Source: Eubacterium sp. (GTDB lineage: Bacteria > Bacillota > Clostridia > Lachnospirales > Lachnospiraceae). Taken from it: DNA of 64,000 bases. Shown piece after piece: positions 9,507 through 18,871 of the stretch. A program made the translations under genes and the position numbers. The stretch spans positions 42,588-106,587 of the forward strand of contig JAFYHN010000043.1 of assembly GCA_017539165.1 (NCBI GenBank), read 5' to 3'. Position 1 is the first letter of the stretch, and each line of letters starts with the position of its first letter. Below the pieces are notes generated by a model. That model did not search any database and was not told the origin of the DNA. It saw nothing but the letters and a program-made list of their open reading frames with translations.

Positions 9507-10937
9507 ATGAGGAAGACGAAAGTAATATGTACCATAGGCCCGGCCAGTGCCAATGAAGAGGTTCTCAGGAAGCTCATCGAAGAGGGGATGGCAGTTGCAA
9601 GATGTAACTTCTCCCATGGAACTCACGAAGAGCAGAAGAAAAAGTTTGACCTTGTAAAGAAGGTCAGAGGAGACCTCAGACAGCCTGTAGCCATCATGCT
9701 TGATACAAAAGGACCTGAATACAGGATAAAGACATTTGAGAGTGGAAGTATCGTTCTTAATGATGGAGATACATTTACATTTACAACAGATGAGATCATC
9801 GGAAATCAGGAGAGAGTATCAGTAAGTTATAAGAACCTTATTGAGAATCTTGATGTTGGCGATACTATCCTTGTTAATAACGGACTTGTAATATTCGAAG
9901 TTACAGAGATCAGAGGAAATGATGCAATATGTAAATGTATTGCGGGCGGAGTTTTATCTGACAGGAAGTCAATGAACTTCCCGAATAAGGTGCTGGACCT
10001 GCCGTTCCTTAGTGAACAGGATAAGAAGGACCTTCTTTTCGGAATCCAGAATGGAGCAGACTATGTAGCTGCGTCGTTTGTTTCTACTCAGAAGGATGTT
10101 CTTGATATGAGAGCATTTCTTGACGAGAACGGTGGAAAAGATATAGAGATCATAGCGAAGATCGAAAACCGTTCCGGTGTTGAGAATATCGAAGATATAT
10201 GTAAGATAGCTGACGGTATCATGATCGCCAGAGGTGATCTGGGAGTCGAGATACCGGGCGTTGAGGTGCCTTCAGTTCAGAAGTTCCTCATATCTAAGTG
10301 TCGTATGCTTGGAGTGCGAGTTATCACAGCTACTGAGATGCTTGAATCAATGATCAATAATCCACGTGCTACCAGAGCTGAGATATCTGACGTTGCAAAT
10401 GCGGTATATGATGGTACATCAGCGGTTATGCTTTCGGGAGAGACTGCTTCTGGTAAATATCCGGTTCAGGCTCTTAAGACTATGGTCGAAACTATTGAGT
10501 TTACCGAGAGTAAGATTCATTATAAGAAGAGATTCAGAACAGCAGACTTTGAGGTTAGAAACCCTCTTGATGCTGTATCGCATACGGTATGTACTCTTGC
10601 TATCGATCTTGATGCTAAGTGCATAATAGTTAATTCGCTTAGTGGAAGAACTGCGCGAATGGTCAGCCGTTTTAGATGTCCAGTTGATATCATCGGTATG
10701 ACAACTTCTGCAAAGGTATGGCGAAAGCTGAACCTTAGCTGGGGAGTTACCCCGGTCATGTGCGGAGTGTACGACAGTATGGAAGAGATGTTCCAGAACT
10801 CAGTTCAGGTATCATCTGCGGCATTGGGCCTTAAGAAAGGAGACAATGTTGTTATAACCGGTGGTATGGTAAATGGTGTCAGCGGTAATACAAACCTTGT
10901 TAAGGTAGAAACTATAGAGCGTGATTTCAAGGCTTGA
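9507..10937 (+). CDS. pyk: Pyruvate kinase
   Basis: MRKTKVICTIGPAS, RCNFSHG, DTKGPE, IIAKIEN, MIARGDLGVE, ATEMLESM, SGETASG. Confidence 0.97.
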   Translation: MRKTKVICTIGPASANEEVLRKLIEEGMAVARCNFSHGTHEEQKKKFDLVKKVRGDLRQPVAIMLDTKGPEYRIKTFESGSIVLNDGDTFTFTTDEIIGNQERVSVSYKNLIENLDVGDTILVNNGLVIFEVTEIRGNDAICKCIAGGVLSDRKSMNFPNKVLDLPFLSEQDKKDLLFGIQNGADYVAASFVSTQKDVLDMRAFLDENGGKDIEIIAKIENRSGVENIEDICKIADGIMIARGDLGVEIPGVEVPSVQKFLISKCRMLGVRVITATEMLESMINNPRATRAEISDVANAVYDGTSAVMLSGETASGKYPVQALKTMVETIEFTESKIHYKKRFRTADFEVRNPLDAVSHTVCTLAIDLDAKCIIVNSLSGRTARMVSRFRCPVDIIGMTTSAKVWRKLNLSWGVTPVMCGVYDSMEEMFQNSVQVSSAALGLKKGDNVVITGGMVNGVSGNTNLVKVETIERDFKA

Positions 10938-10957
10938 TGCATGCTCAGAAATATATA

Positions 10958-11077
10958 GAGAAAGAAGGTGATGAATATGGAACATGACAGTAGTAAGCCC
11001 AAGGCGGAAGTTCACTTGTGCAACAAAGATGCTTATACTGTAATCCGAGATAGTTCCTGTTCAGCGCCTTTTCTTTT
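10958..11077 (+). ncRNA. Unexplained ~120-nt extended stem-loop element containing an RBS and a 41-codon ORF (10977-11102)
   Basis: AAGGTGATGAATATGGAAC pairs with GTTCCTGTTCAGCGCCTT; inner ACAGTAGTAAGC pairs with GCTTATACTGT; ends in a T-run. Confidence 0.45.
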
Positions 11078-11190
11078 TATCTCAGAGCGTACAGGGATAT
11101 AGATTTCTTCGCCTTTTTGCAGGGAATCTCCGGGTTACATTATAAGCAGACAAAATCTGAAAAGTAATGCGACATGGAGGTAACTGAAAG

Positions 11191-12543
11191 ATGGAAGAAA
11201 ACAGAATTCAGGTAGAAGAGGTTATGGAGCTTCTGAAGGAGAGGAAGTTCTCAGAGCTTAGATCGAGGCTGAGTGATGTACAGCCTATCGATGTTGCTCA
11301 GATGTTAGGTGAGGTGCCTGATGATAAGCTTCTCTTACTTTACAGAATCCTTCCCAAAGAGAATGCGGCTGATGTATTCTCGGAGATGGAACCTGAAGAA
11401 CAGGAAACCCTTATTCGAGCATTTAATGAGCGAGAGATTCGGGAAATTCTTGAAGAAATGTATATAGATGACGCCGTTGACCTTGTTGAAGAGATGCCTG
11501 CTGTAGTTGTCAATAAGATACTGAGACATGCATCACCCGAAACAAGAAAAGAGATAAATGAGCTTCTGAATTATCCGGAGGACAGTGCGGGTTCCGTAAT
11601 GACTACCGAATATATGAGTCTCAGAAGTGATATGACGGTAGCGGATGCATTTGAGAGAATCAGACGTACCGCTGATGAGAAAGAGGACATATATACATGT
11701 TATGTTGTAAGTCCTCACAGAAAACTAAAAGGAACAGTAAGTCTTAAAGATATGTTCCTTACTTCCAAGGACACCGTGATAGGTGATCTGATGGAGACAA
11801 ATATCATATCCGTAAATACCTTGGATGACCAGGAAGAGGTTGCTAAGCAGATGGCTAAGTACAATCTTACTACTATTCCTGTAGTAGATAAGGAAAGACG
11901 ACTGGTAGGTATTGTAACAGTCGATGATGCTATCGATGTCATTCAGGAAGAGAATACGGAAGATATCGAAATGATGGCGGCTATCACGCCAACGGATAAG
12001 CCGTACATAGATACAGGATTTTTTGAAACATACAAGAAGAGAATTCCATGGCTTCTTCTGCTTATGATATCTGCTACATTTACCGGAGCTATCATAACAA
12101 AGTATGAAGCTGCACTGGGAGCCTATGTGATTCTGACAGCCTATATTCCCATGCTTATGGACACGGGAGGAAATGCAGGTTCACAGGCATCAGTATCGAT
12201 CATTCGTGGTCTTTCACTTGATGAGATACAGTATTCTGATGTTTTTAAAGTCCAGGGGAAAGAGCTTATGGTTGCAGTGCTTTGTGGTACTACCCTGGCG
12301 TTTGCAAACTTTTTTAAATTGCTTTTCTTCGATAAAGTTGGATTTGTCATAGCACTTGTTGTGTGTATGACACTTTTGCTTACAGTAGTCGTTGCAAAGT
12401 TTGTCGGATGTTCACTGCCTATACTTGCCAAGAGGATCGGTTTTGATCCAGCGGTTATGGCCAGTCCGTTCATCACGACTATAGTAGATGCGATATCACT
12501 TATCATTTACTTCCAGCTTGCATCGCATATATTAAATATTTAA
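11191..12543 (+). CDS. mgtE: Magnesium transporter MgtE
   Basis: N-domain, CBS pair (SAGSVMTTEY, GIVTVDDAIDVI), TM region with GGNAGSQA and PFITTIVD. Confidence 0.95.
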   Translation: MEENRIQVEEVMELLKERKFSELRSRLSDVQPIDVAQMLGEVPDDKLLLLYRILPKENAADVFSEMEPEEQETLIRAFNEREIREILEEMYIDDAVDLVEEMPAVVVNKILRHASPETRKEINELLNYPEDSAGSVMTTEYMSLRSDMTVADAFERIRRTADEKEDIYTCYVVSPHRKLKGTVSLKDMFLTSKDTVIGDLMETNIISVNTLDDQEEVAKQMAKYNLTTIPVVDKERRLVGIVTVDDAIDVIQEENTEDIEMMAAITPTDKPYIDTGFFETYKKRIPWLLLLMISATFTGAIITKYEAALGAYVILTAYIPMLMDTGGNAGSQASVSIIRGLSLDEIQYSDVFKVQGKELMVAVLCGTTLAFANFFKLLFFDKVGFVIALVVCMTLLLTVVVAKFVGCSLPILAKRIGFDPAVMASPFITTIVDAISLIIYFQLASHILNI

Positions 12544-12587
12544 GAGGTTGCTTTATATAGTTATACCCCGGATGGGAGAAAGTTTTA

Positions 12588-13154
12588 ATGTCAAAAGAGG
12601 AGACTCGAGCGAAGATTATCAAGACGTTCCGAGAACTTGCGGTTAATAAGAATCTAGATAATATTACCGTATTGGAAATTGCTGAAAGTTGTGGTATTAC
12701 TCCACAGACATTTTATAACCATTTTGAAGATAAGTATCAAATGGTTGAAGAAATGCATAATGAGAGATTTGATGAGATATGTGAGAAGGTTGTTGGGGGA
12801 CAGATAACATGGGAAGAAGGCCTGTGTGAATATCTGAATGGTTTTATAAAGGCAAAAAGGTTTTTGATCAGAGCTTTTGGTAAGCTTGGAGATGATGATT
12901 CATATGTTCAGAGTGTAGAGGAACATATGGTCTGTGCAATGAAGAGCTTATATGAAGAAAAAAATAATGCTCCGGCAGACGATGTTTTTGTATTTGCAAT
13001 GAGAGTATATGCAGACGGAATGCTGAGCACTATATATAAATGGCTTAAAGACCAGGACAGAATGCCTGTTGAGAAGCTTGCAAAATACATAAGCAAAGCT
13101 GTTCCTAAAACAGTAATAGATGGATTTTCAACAATTATTAGCACTCGGGGTTGA
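12588..13154 (+). CDS. TetR/AcrR-family transcriptional regulator
   Basis: N-terminal HTH ITVLEIAESCGITPQTFYNHFEDK. Confidence 0.9.
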   Translation: MSKEETRAKIIKTFRELAVNKNLDNITVLEIAESCGITPQTFYNHFEDKYQMVEEMHNERFDEICEKVVGGQITWEEGLCEYLNGFIKAKRFLIRAFGKLGDDDSYVQSVEEHMVCAMKSLYEEKNNAPADDVFVFAMRVYADGMLSTIYKWLKDQDRMPVEKLAKYISKAVPKTVIDGFSTIISTRG

Positions 13155-13164
13155 CGAGTGCTAA
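13138..13164. promoter_or_regulatory. CIRCE element (HrcA operator)
   Basis: Exact TTAGCACTC-N9-GAGTGCTAA directly upstream of an Hsp20 gene. Confidence 0.95.
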
Positions 13165-13179
13165 TAATTGTGCTATAAC
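13151..13179 (+). promoter_or_regulatory. sigma-A promoter overlapping CIRCE
   Basis: TTGACG-17 nt-TATAAC with an extended -10 TG. Confidence 0.75.
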
Positions 13180-13253
13180 ATAATCGAAACAAGAAATTGA
13201 TACCGCGAATTCAAAACGGCATCGTAAAATTTTTAGTAAAGGAGTGGTGTTTT

Positions 13254-13769
13254 ATGTATTATCCAAGTATCTTTAATGACAATTTTACAAATGATCTGTT
13301 TGATGAAGTGATGAACTTCCCGTTCGATTATGGAAAACGCGTTAGAAATGAACTCTTTGATAAAAAGAGATGCACAACAGATATCAAGGAATTCGAAGAC
13401 AGATATGAACTTGATATGGAACTTCCTGGCTATAGCAAGGAGGATATCAAGGCTGAGCTTAAGAACGGCTATCTTATCGTAAGTGCAGAGCACAAAGAGG
13501 AAAAAGTTGAAGAACAGAAAGAGAAATCTGAATCAGAAGAGAATGCTTCTGAAAAAGCAGGCGATCAGGAGATAACAAAAACAAATCCAAGATATATCTG
13601 CAGAGAGAGATTCTATGGCAGAACAGAGAGAAGTTTCTTTGTAGGGAAGGATGTTGCAAAGGAAGATATCAAAGCTAACTTCGTAAATGGTATCCTTACA
13701 CTTACAGTTCCAAAGGTTGTAAAGAAACCTGAGAATGAAAGAGAATATATCTCAATCATGGGTGACTGA
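13254..13769 (+). CDS. Small heat-shock protein (Hsp20/alpha-crystallin family)
   Basis: TDIKE..YELDMELPGYSKEDIK, RERFYG..ERSF, ANFVNGILTLTVPK. Start moved to ATG 13254 (RBS AAAGGAG). Confidence 0.93.
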   Translation: MYYPSIFNDNFTNDLFDEVMNFPFDYGKRVRNELFDKKRCTTDIKEFEDRYELDMELPGYSKEDIKAELKNGYLIVSAEHKEEKVEEQKEKSESEENASEKAGDQEITKTNPRYICRERFYGRTERSFFVGKDVAKEDIKANFVNGILTLTVPKVVKKPENEREYISIMGD

Positions 13770-13806
13770 TCAGGTTATTTGTTAAATATGTTCAAAGTGA
13801 TATGGT

Positions 13807-13844
13807 AAAATGTACCGGTAGATATATGCTGCCGGTACATTTTT
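13807..13844 (+). terminator. Rho-independent terminator of hsp20
   Basis: AAAATGTACCGG...CCGGTACATTTT followed by Ts. Confidence 0.75.
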
Positions 13845-13889
13845 ATCTTTTACTACTGGACATTCTGTGATAGAATACTGAAGGAATGC

Positions 13890-14813
13890 GTGGCATTCCA
13901 AACAGATGATTTTTTGAGGGTTGAGTCAGGTAACATGAAAAAAAAGAAGTTTTTATATAAAATTGAGAAGTCAGTAGGATTTATGAAAATCAGGAATCAG
14001 ATAAGCAGTATTAACATGATGCTTGTATTCCTTGTTTTTGCCGCAGTGTTATCCGTGTATTTGAACCATACCGGTTGGCTTTTGTCCTATGGTATCATAG
14101 TGGCCGGCGTTTCGATGATCGCACTGGCTCTTTTTCTATCCTATAGAATTAAACTTCAGGTTACTCTTAACAATATGAATGTTGATTATAGAAAGTATCT
14201 TGTTGAGCCGCTTGCTGAGGAATACTTTGAAAATGGTTCATTTACTGATAAGGGAAACCTTACAGAGATGGAAATCATTAGTACTCATATGTTTTCTGAC
14301 GGTAAGGACTATACTTATACTTCATGCAACGAGCTGAAGGGAGTTCATAAGGGGATAAGATTTGTAAACTCTGATATCTTTGAGAATTGCAAATCGAACA
14401 GAATACGAGTTTTTGGAAGACTGTTTGAGTTTGATATCAAGACAGGAAATATAAATCCTGTTATATTCACTACTTCAACAGCACCAATTATAGATTTTCA
14501 GGATGTTAATATTCATCTTATAAAAACTTCAAATGATGAGATAAACAGAATGTTCAGAATATATGCTTTTGATGAGAATGAGGCTGATTCTATTCTGACA
14601 GACAGTACAATTCAAAAGCTGAAACAGCTTGTTGCTCTTCAGCTTGGCAAGATCATTAAGATCTGTTTTGCAAATGACAAGGTATATGTTTACTACACAA
14701 CAGATAAGTATACATATGATGAAGTTCTTACAAAGAAAAATAAGATTCCTGAGGAGATCGATATAGTCTGTGAAAAATTTAATGACGTAGGCAAACTGAT
14801 CGATATCCTATAG
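13890..14813 (+). CDS. Membrane-anchored hypothetical protein, DUF3137-like
   Basis: Two N-terminal TMs; FNRMFRIYA/A..ILT-like C-terminal segment. Start uncertain (13890 or 13935). Confidence 0.55.
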   Translation: MAFQTDDFLRVESGNMKKKKFLYKIEKSVGFMKIRNQISSINMMLVFLVFAAVLSVYLNHTGWLLSYGIIVAGVSMIALALFLSYRIKLQVTLNNMNVDYRKYLVEPLAEEYFENGSFTDKGNLTEMEIISTHMFSDGKDYTYTSCNELKGVHKGIRFVNSDIFENCKSNRIRVFGRLFEFDIKTGNINPVIFTTSTAPIIDFQDVNIHLIKTSNDEINRMFRIYAFDENEADSILTDSTIQKLKQLVALQLGKIIKICFANDKVYVYYTTDKYTYDEVLTKKNKIPEEIDIVCEKFNDVGKLIDIL

Positions 14814-14842
14814 AGACAGCGTAGTATGGTCGAGAGGTAAAA

Positions 14843-16018
14843 ATGAGTAGATACGATTATGACGATTATGATGAATACGAAGATATAGAAGATAAATTCG
14901 AAGAAAGACGTTACAGAAGAAAGAAGAAAAGAGGAATAGGATCTACTGGAAAATGGGCTATTGCACTTATAATTGAACTTATAGTTGCGGTTGTTCTGGG
15001 ATTCTTTATCATGAAAACATATGTTCATCAGAAGTACCAGAAGATACAGGTTCATGACATGGCTGAGGAAGAACTCGAGATAAATGAGGGCGCTAACAAA
15101 GACATGAACAACTATACCAATATTGCTCTTTTTGGAATAGATGCTAGAGATGATTCGCTTGGTAAAGGAAATCGAAGTGATGCGATCATCATTTGCAGTA
15201 TTAATAATGAAACAAAGAAGGTTAAACTGGTATCAGTTTACAGAGATACTCTTCTGGAGGTGACAAAGGAAGATGGAAGCACTGTCACCACAAAGGTAAA
15301 TGCGGCTTATGCATACGGTGGACCGGAACTTGCGCTTCAGACCCTTAATAAAAACCTTGATCTGAATATATCAGAATATATGACAGTTAACTGGGAAGGA
15401 CTTACCCGTGCGATAGATGCTCTAGGTGGTGTTGTGGTCCATATAGAGGATAATGAGCTGGATACGCTGAATGGAGTTCTTGCAGAGCAGATTCAGGTAA
15501 ATGGAATCAATTCTGACGGAGTTTATGAAACGGGGCTTGTGACACTTAATGGAGCTCAGGCGACAGCGTATGCCAGAATCAGAAGTACAGACCAGGGTGA
15601 TATAACCAGAACAGAAAGACAGCGAGAGGTCATTCAGGCTATGCTTGCAAAAGCAAAGTCTTCAGATCTTCAAACCCTTAATAGCATTATAGATGAGATA
15701 TTCCCATTTATCGGCACATCGATCACTGAAGATCAGATGTATGATCTGGTAAAAGGTATAATGTCATATGACCTTTCGGATTCGTGTGGATTTCCGCTTA
15801 GATTTCAATTCTATTCGTCTGAAGTCAAGGGATCATGTATAGCTCCGGAAGATTTGAACGATAATGTCATAACATTACAGAATTTTCTGTTTGGAACTGA
15901 GAATTATTCTCCTACTGTAAGTGTTCAGAATATCAGTTCACAGTTATCTGCAGAAACCGGATATCCAAGCGCAGGAGCTATTCCGCTGCCTGAAAAAAAT
16001 ACGGAATCTGAGGAATAA
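14843..16018 (+). CDS. LCP (LytR-CpsA-Psr) family glycopolymer transferase
   Basis: TM anchor then NIALFGIDAR, RSDAII, LVSVYRDT, KVNAAYAYGG, ATAYARIR, DITRTERQREV. Confidence 0.93.
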   Translation: MSRYDYDDYDEYEDIEDKFEERRYRRKKKRGIGSTGKWAIALIIELIVAVVLGFFIMKTYVHQKYQKIQVHDMAEEELEINEGANKDMNNYTNIALFGIDARDDSLGKGNRSDAIIICSINNETKKVKLVSVYRDTLLEVTKEDGSTVTTKVNAAYAYGGPELALQTLNKNLDLNISEYMTVNWEGLTRAIDALGGVVVHIEDNELDTLNGVLAEQIQVNGINSDGVYETGLVTLNGAQATAYARIRSTDQGDITRTERQREVIQAMLAKAKSSDLQTLNSIIDEIFPFIGTSITEDQMYDLVKGIMSYDLSDSCGFPLRFQFYSSEVKGSCIAPEDLNDNVITLQNFLFGTENYSPTVSVQNISSQLSAETGYPSAGAIPLPEKNTESEE

Positions 16019-16056
16019 AAAGCATATATGATTAAGCTTTGAGGGGTAATTTGTGG

Positions 16057-16085
16057 TTGCAAAATAGCACCTCAGAGGCTATAAT
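16057..16085 (+). promoter_or_regulatory. Strong sigma-A promoter for 6S RNA
   Basis: TTGCAA-17 nt-TATAAT. Confidence 0.8.
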
Positions 16086-16109
16086 AAAGCTAACATTTAC
16101 AAGGAATTA

Positions 16110-16295
16110 ATTAAATATCTGGGATGGCCGATAACTCCTGTATATTTTGAGCCTACATTATCTGTATGGGAGACCTATTATCTCGATTTGGATGATATGC
16201 CTCCTCTGAGTGGACATCAGAAGAATCGATGCGGACACCCACCTAGCTATGGGCTAGGAGTCAGAAAGCAGGAGCCGGCATCTTGGATATTTAAT
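16110..16295 (+). ncRNA. ssrS: 6S RNA
   Basis: ~186 nt with paired termini (ATTAAATATCTGGGATG..CTCCTG / CAGGAG..CATCTTGGATATTTAAT) and the Firmicute 6S 3' motif GGACACCCACCTAG...GTCAGAAAG; own promoter and terminator. Confidence 0.85.
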
Positions 16296-16308
16296 GAGCT
16301 TGTAACTT

Positions 16309-16342
16309 AGGGCTTAACGTGTAATGCGCTAAGCCTTTTCTG
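16309..16342 (+). terminator. Terminator after 6S RNA
   Basis: AGGGCTTAACGT-GTAA-TGCGCTAAGCCTT followed by TTTCTGTT. Confidence 0.65.
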
Positions 16343-16367
16343 TTGCAAGGCAGATGGAGATTTCAGT

Positions 16368-17315
16368 ATGAAGCGTATGAAAGATATGTGGAGATTCTGG
16401 AGTGAAACCGCCGATGAACATATGGGGGCATTTGCAGCCCAGTCGGCGTTCTTTATATTTCTCTCTTTTTTTCCACTTATCAATATAGTGATATCACTTC
16501 CGAGATTTCTTCCTTTTACGCAGGATCAGATGCTTGAGGTTATCTACTTTATTCTCCCACACAAGTTTGAGAATTATGTTGGAGATATTGTGAAAGATAT
16601 GTACCTGAATTCTTCGAATTCGATGACGATCATATCAGTAATTATTACACTCTGGTCATCTGCGAAAGGTATTATGGCCATAAGAAATGGCCTCAATGAG
16701 GTATATAGATCAAGGGAGAACCGGAATTATTTCATAATACGAGGAATAAGTTCAATCTATACGTTGATATTTATAGTGATATTTATTGCGCTTATTCCGG
16801 TCAATATGTTTGGGACTCAGATAGTACTCAATATACTTGGAAAGTTTCCTCATTATGCCAACGAGGCTCTTCTGGCTCTTAGCTTGAGAAGTACGGCAAC
16901 GTTTATACTTCTTTTTGTTATGTTTGATCTGATGTATACTATAGTTCCGACAAGAAAGCTAAGACTTAAGAACCAGATGCCGGGGGCATTTTTTGCTGCC
17001 CTGTCCTGGGTTGGTGTTACGAAGATTTTTTCTCTTTATGTAGATTATTATGCGGCAAAAAGCTATATGTATGGCTCATTGACAACCGTGATAATGCTTT
17101 TGTTCTGGATGTATTTTGTTATATATCTTGTGTTTGTTGGAGCACAGCTGAATGAGTATCTACATACATGCAGAATAAGAGAAGAAAAGTATGAACTCAG
17201 TAAGTACAGTGAGGAAAAAAGAGAAGTCTGGGAAGACGATGATATAGTAAAAGATAATAACGACAGTGAAAAACAGTCGATGAATGAAAGAGGATATAAA
17301 GATGAACAAGATTAG
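16368..17315 (+). CDS. YihY/BrkB-family membrane protein
   Basis: [44 protein letters not shown]...GAQLN. Confidence 0.9.
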   Translation: MKRMKDMWRFWSETADEHMGAFAAQSAFFIFLSFFPLINIVISLPRFLPFTQDQMLEVIYFILPHKFENYVGDIVKDMYLNSSNSMTIISVIITLWSSAKGIMAIRNGLNEVYRSRENRNYFIIRGISSIYTLIFIVIFIALIPVNMFGTQIVLNILGKFPHYANEALLALSLRSTATFILLFVMFDLMYTIVPTRKLRLKNQMPGAFFAALSWVGVTKIFSLYVDYYAAKSYMYGSLTTVIMLLFWMYFVIYLVFVGAQLNEYLHTCRIREEKYELSKYSEEKREVWEDDDIVKDNNDSEKQSMNERGYKDEQD

Positions 17316-18765
17316 AACAAGATTTGCTCCAAGCCCAACAGGTAGAATGCATGTGGGAAATCTGCGTACTGCACTTTATGCTTATCTTATAACAAAGCAT
17401 GAAGGTGGAGATTTTATATTAAGAATCGAAGATACTGATCAGAACCGTGAGGTTGAAGGGGCTGTAGATATAATCTATAGAACTCTTCGCGAGACAGGTC
17501 TTCTTTGGGATGAAGGCCCGGATAAAGATGGGGGAGTGGGTCCTTATATCCAGTCAGAAAGAATGGCTCAGGGTGTTTATCTTGAGTATGCAAAAAAACT
17601 GATCGAGAGAGGAGAAGCATATTACTGTTTCTGTGATGAAGAAAGACTTGCATCTCTCAGTCAGGATATCGAGATAGATGGTGAAACCAAGAAGGTATTC
17701 CGTTATGACAAGCATTGTCTGCATCTCTCTCAGGAAGAAATAGATGAGAAACTCGCTGCAGGTGTGCCTTATGTCATAAGGCAGAATAATCCTACAGAGG
17801 GTGAAACCAAATTCGAAGATGAACTCTACGGAACGATCACTGTTCCAAATATAGAGCTTGATGACATGATACTTATCAAGTCAGATGGCTATCCTACTTA
17901 CAATTTTGCAAATGTAGTAGATGATCATCTCATGGGTATCACTCACGTTGTAAGAGGTAATGAATACCTCTCATCAGCTCCTAAGTATAACAGATTATAT
18001 GAGGCTTTCGGATGGGAAGTTCCGGTATATATTCACTGCCCGCTTATAACAGATGAGAATCATAACAAGCTTTCAAAGAGAAGCGGACATTCTTCATTTG
18101 AAGACCTTCTGGAGCAGGGATTCCTGACAGAAACTATTGTTAACTTTGTTTCTCTTCTTGGATGGAGTCCGGAGGGTAATGAGGAGATATTCTCACTCGA
18201 AGAGCTTACTAAACTTTTCGATTATCATAAGATTTCGAAGTCACCAGCTGTGCTTGATATGACAAAGCTAAGGTGGATGAATTCAGAATATATTAAGAAG
18301 ATGGATCCGGATGCATTTTATATGAAAGCGGAGCCTATACTTAGAGCGACTATATCTAGGGATATAGATCTTAAGAAGATTGCAGCAATGGTACAGACCA
18401 GAATAGAAGTGTTTAACGATATTCCGGAGCAGGTTGACTTCTTTGAGGCGGTGCCTGATTATGATGTGGATATGTACACTCATAAGAAGATGAAGACTAA
18501 TCCGGAGAATTCTCTTACACTTCTCCAGGAGGTCAGACCTGTACTTGCTGAGGCTGAAGCATTTGATAATGATAGTCTTTTCGAACTTCTTAAGGGATTT
18601 GGAGCTGAACACGAATATAAGACAGGATACATCATGTGGCCACTTAGAACAGCCATGTCAGGAAAGGCAGCAACACCTGGTGGAGCCACTGAGCTTATGG
18701 CAATTCTTGGAAAAGAAGAAAGCCTTAAAAGAATAGATGATGCCATTAAAAAGTTATCAGAGTAG
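17302..18765 (+). CDS. gltX: Glutamate--tRNA ligase
   Basis: [16 protein letters not shown] (HIGH-like), RIEDTD, KLSKR (KMSKS-like). Start set at ATG 17302. Confidence 0.97.
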   Translation: MNKIRTRFAPSPTGRMHVGNLRTALYAYLITKHEGGDFILRIEDTDQNREVEGAVDIIYRTLRETGLLWDEGPDKDGGVGPYIQSERMAQGVYLEYAKKLIERGEAYYCFCDEERLASLSQDIEIDGETKKVFRYDKHCLHLSQEEIDEKLAAGVPYVIRQNNPTEGETKFEDELYGTITVPNIELDDMILIKSDGYPTYNFANVVDDHLMGITHVVRGNEYLSSAPKYNRLYEAFGWEVPVYIHCPLITDENHNKLSKRSGHSSFEDLLEQGFLTETIVNFVSLLGWSPEGNEEIFSLEELTKLFDYHKISKSPAVLDMTKLRWMNSEYIKKMDPDAFYMKAEPILRATISRDIDLKKIAAMVQTRIEVFNDIPEQVDFFEAVPDYDVDMYTHKKMKTNPENSLTLLQEVRPVLAEAEAFDNDSLFELLKGFGAEHEYKTGYIMWPLRTAMSGKAATPGGATELMAILGKEESLKRIDDAIKKLSE

Positions 18766-18788
18766 GACATAACACATTGACCTTTCTC

Positions 18789-18817
18789 TTGTGAAGAAAA
18801 TAAAGCTATGGTATACT
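18789..18817 (+). promoter_or_regulatory. sigma-A type promoter
   Basis: TTGTGA-17 nt-TATACT with an extended -10 TG. Confidence 0.6.
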
Positions 18818-18871
18818 GTTAGAGTTCGAGTTATAAAGCTTATAACAACTCTGAGAGAGGAGATATTTCCA

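Noticed and set aside
10958-11190. M-box, fluoride, SRP or other known riboswitch/RNA upstream of mgtE
   Set aside because: None of the conserved motifs I know could be matched; kept only as an unknown structured element.
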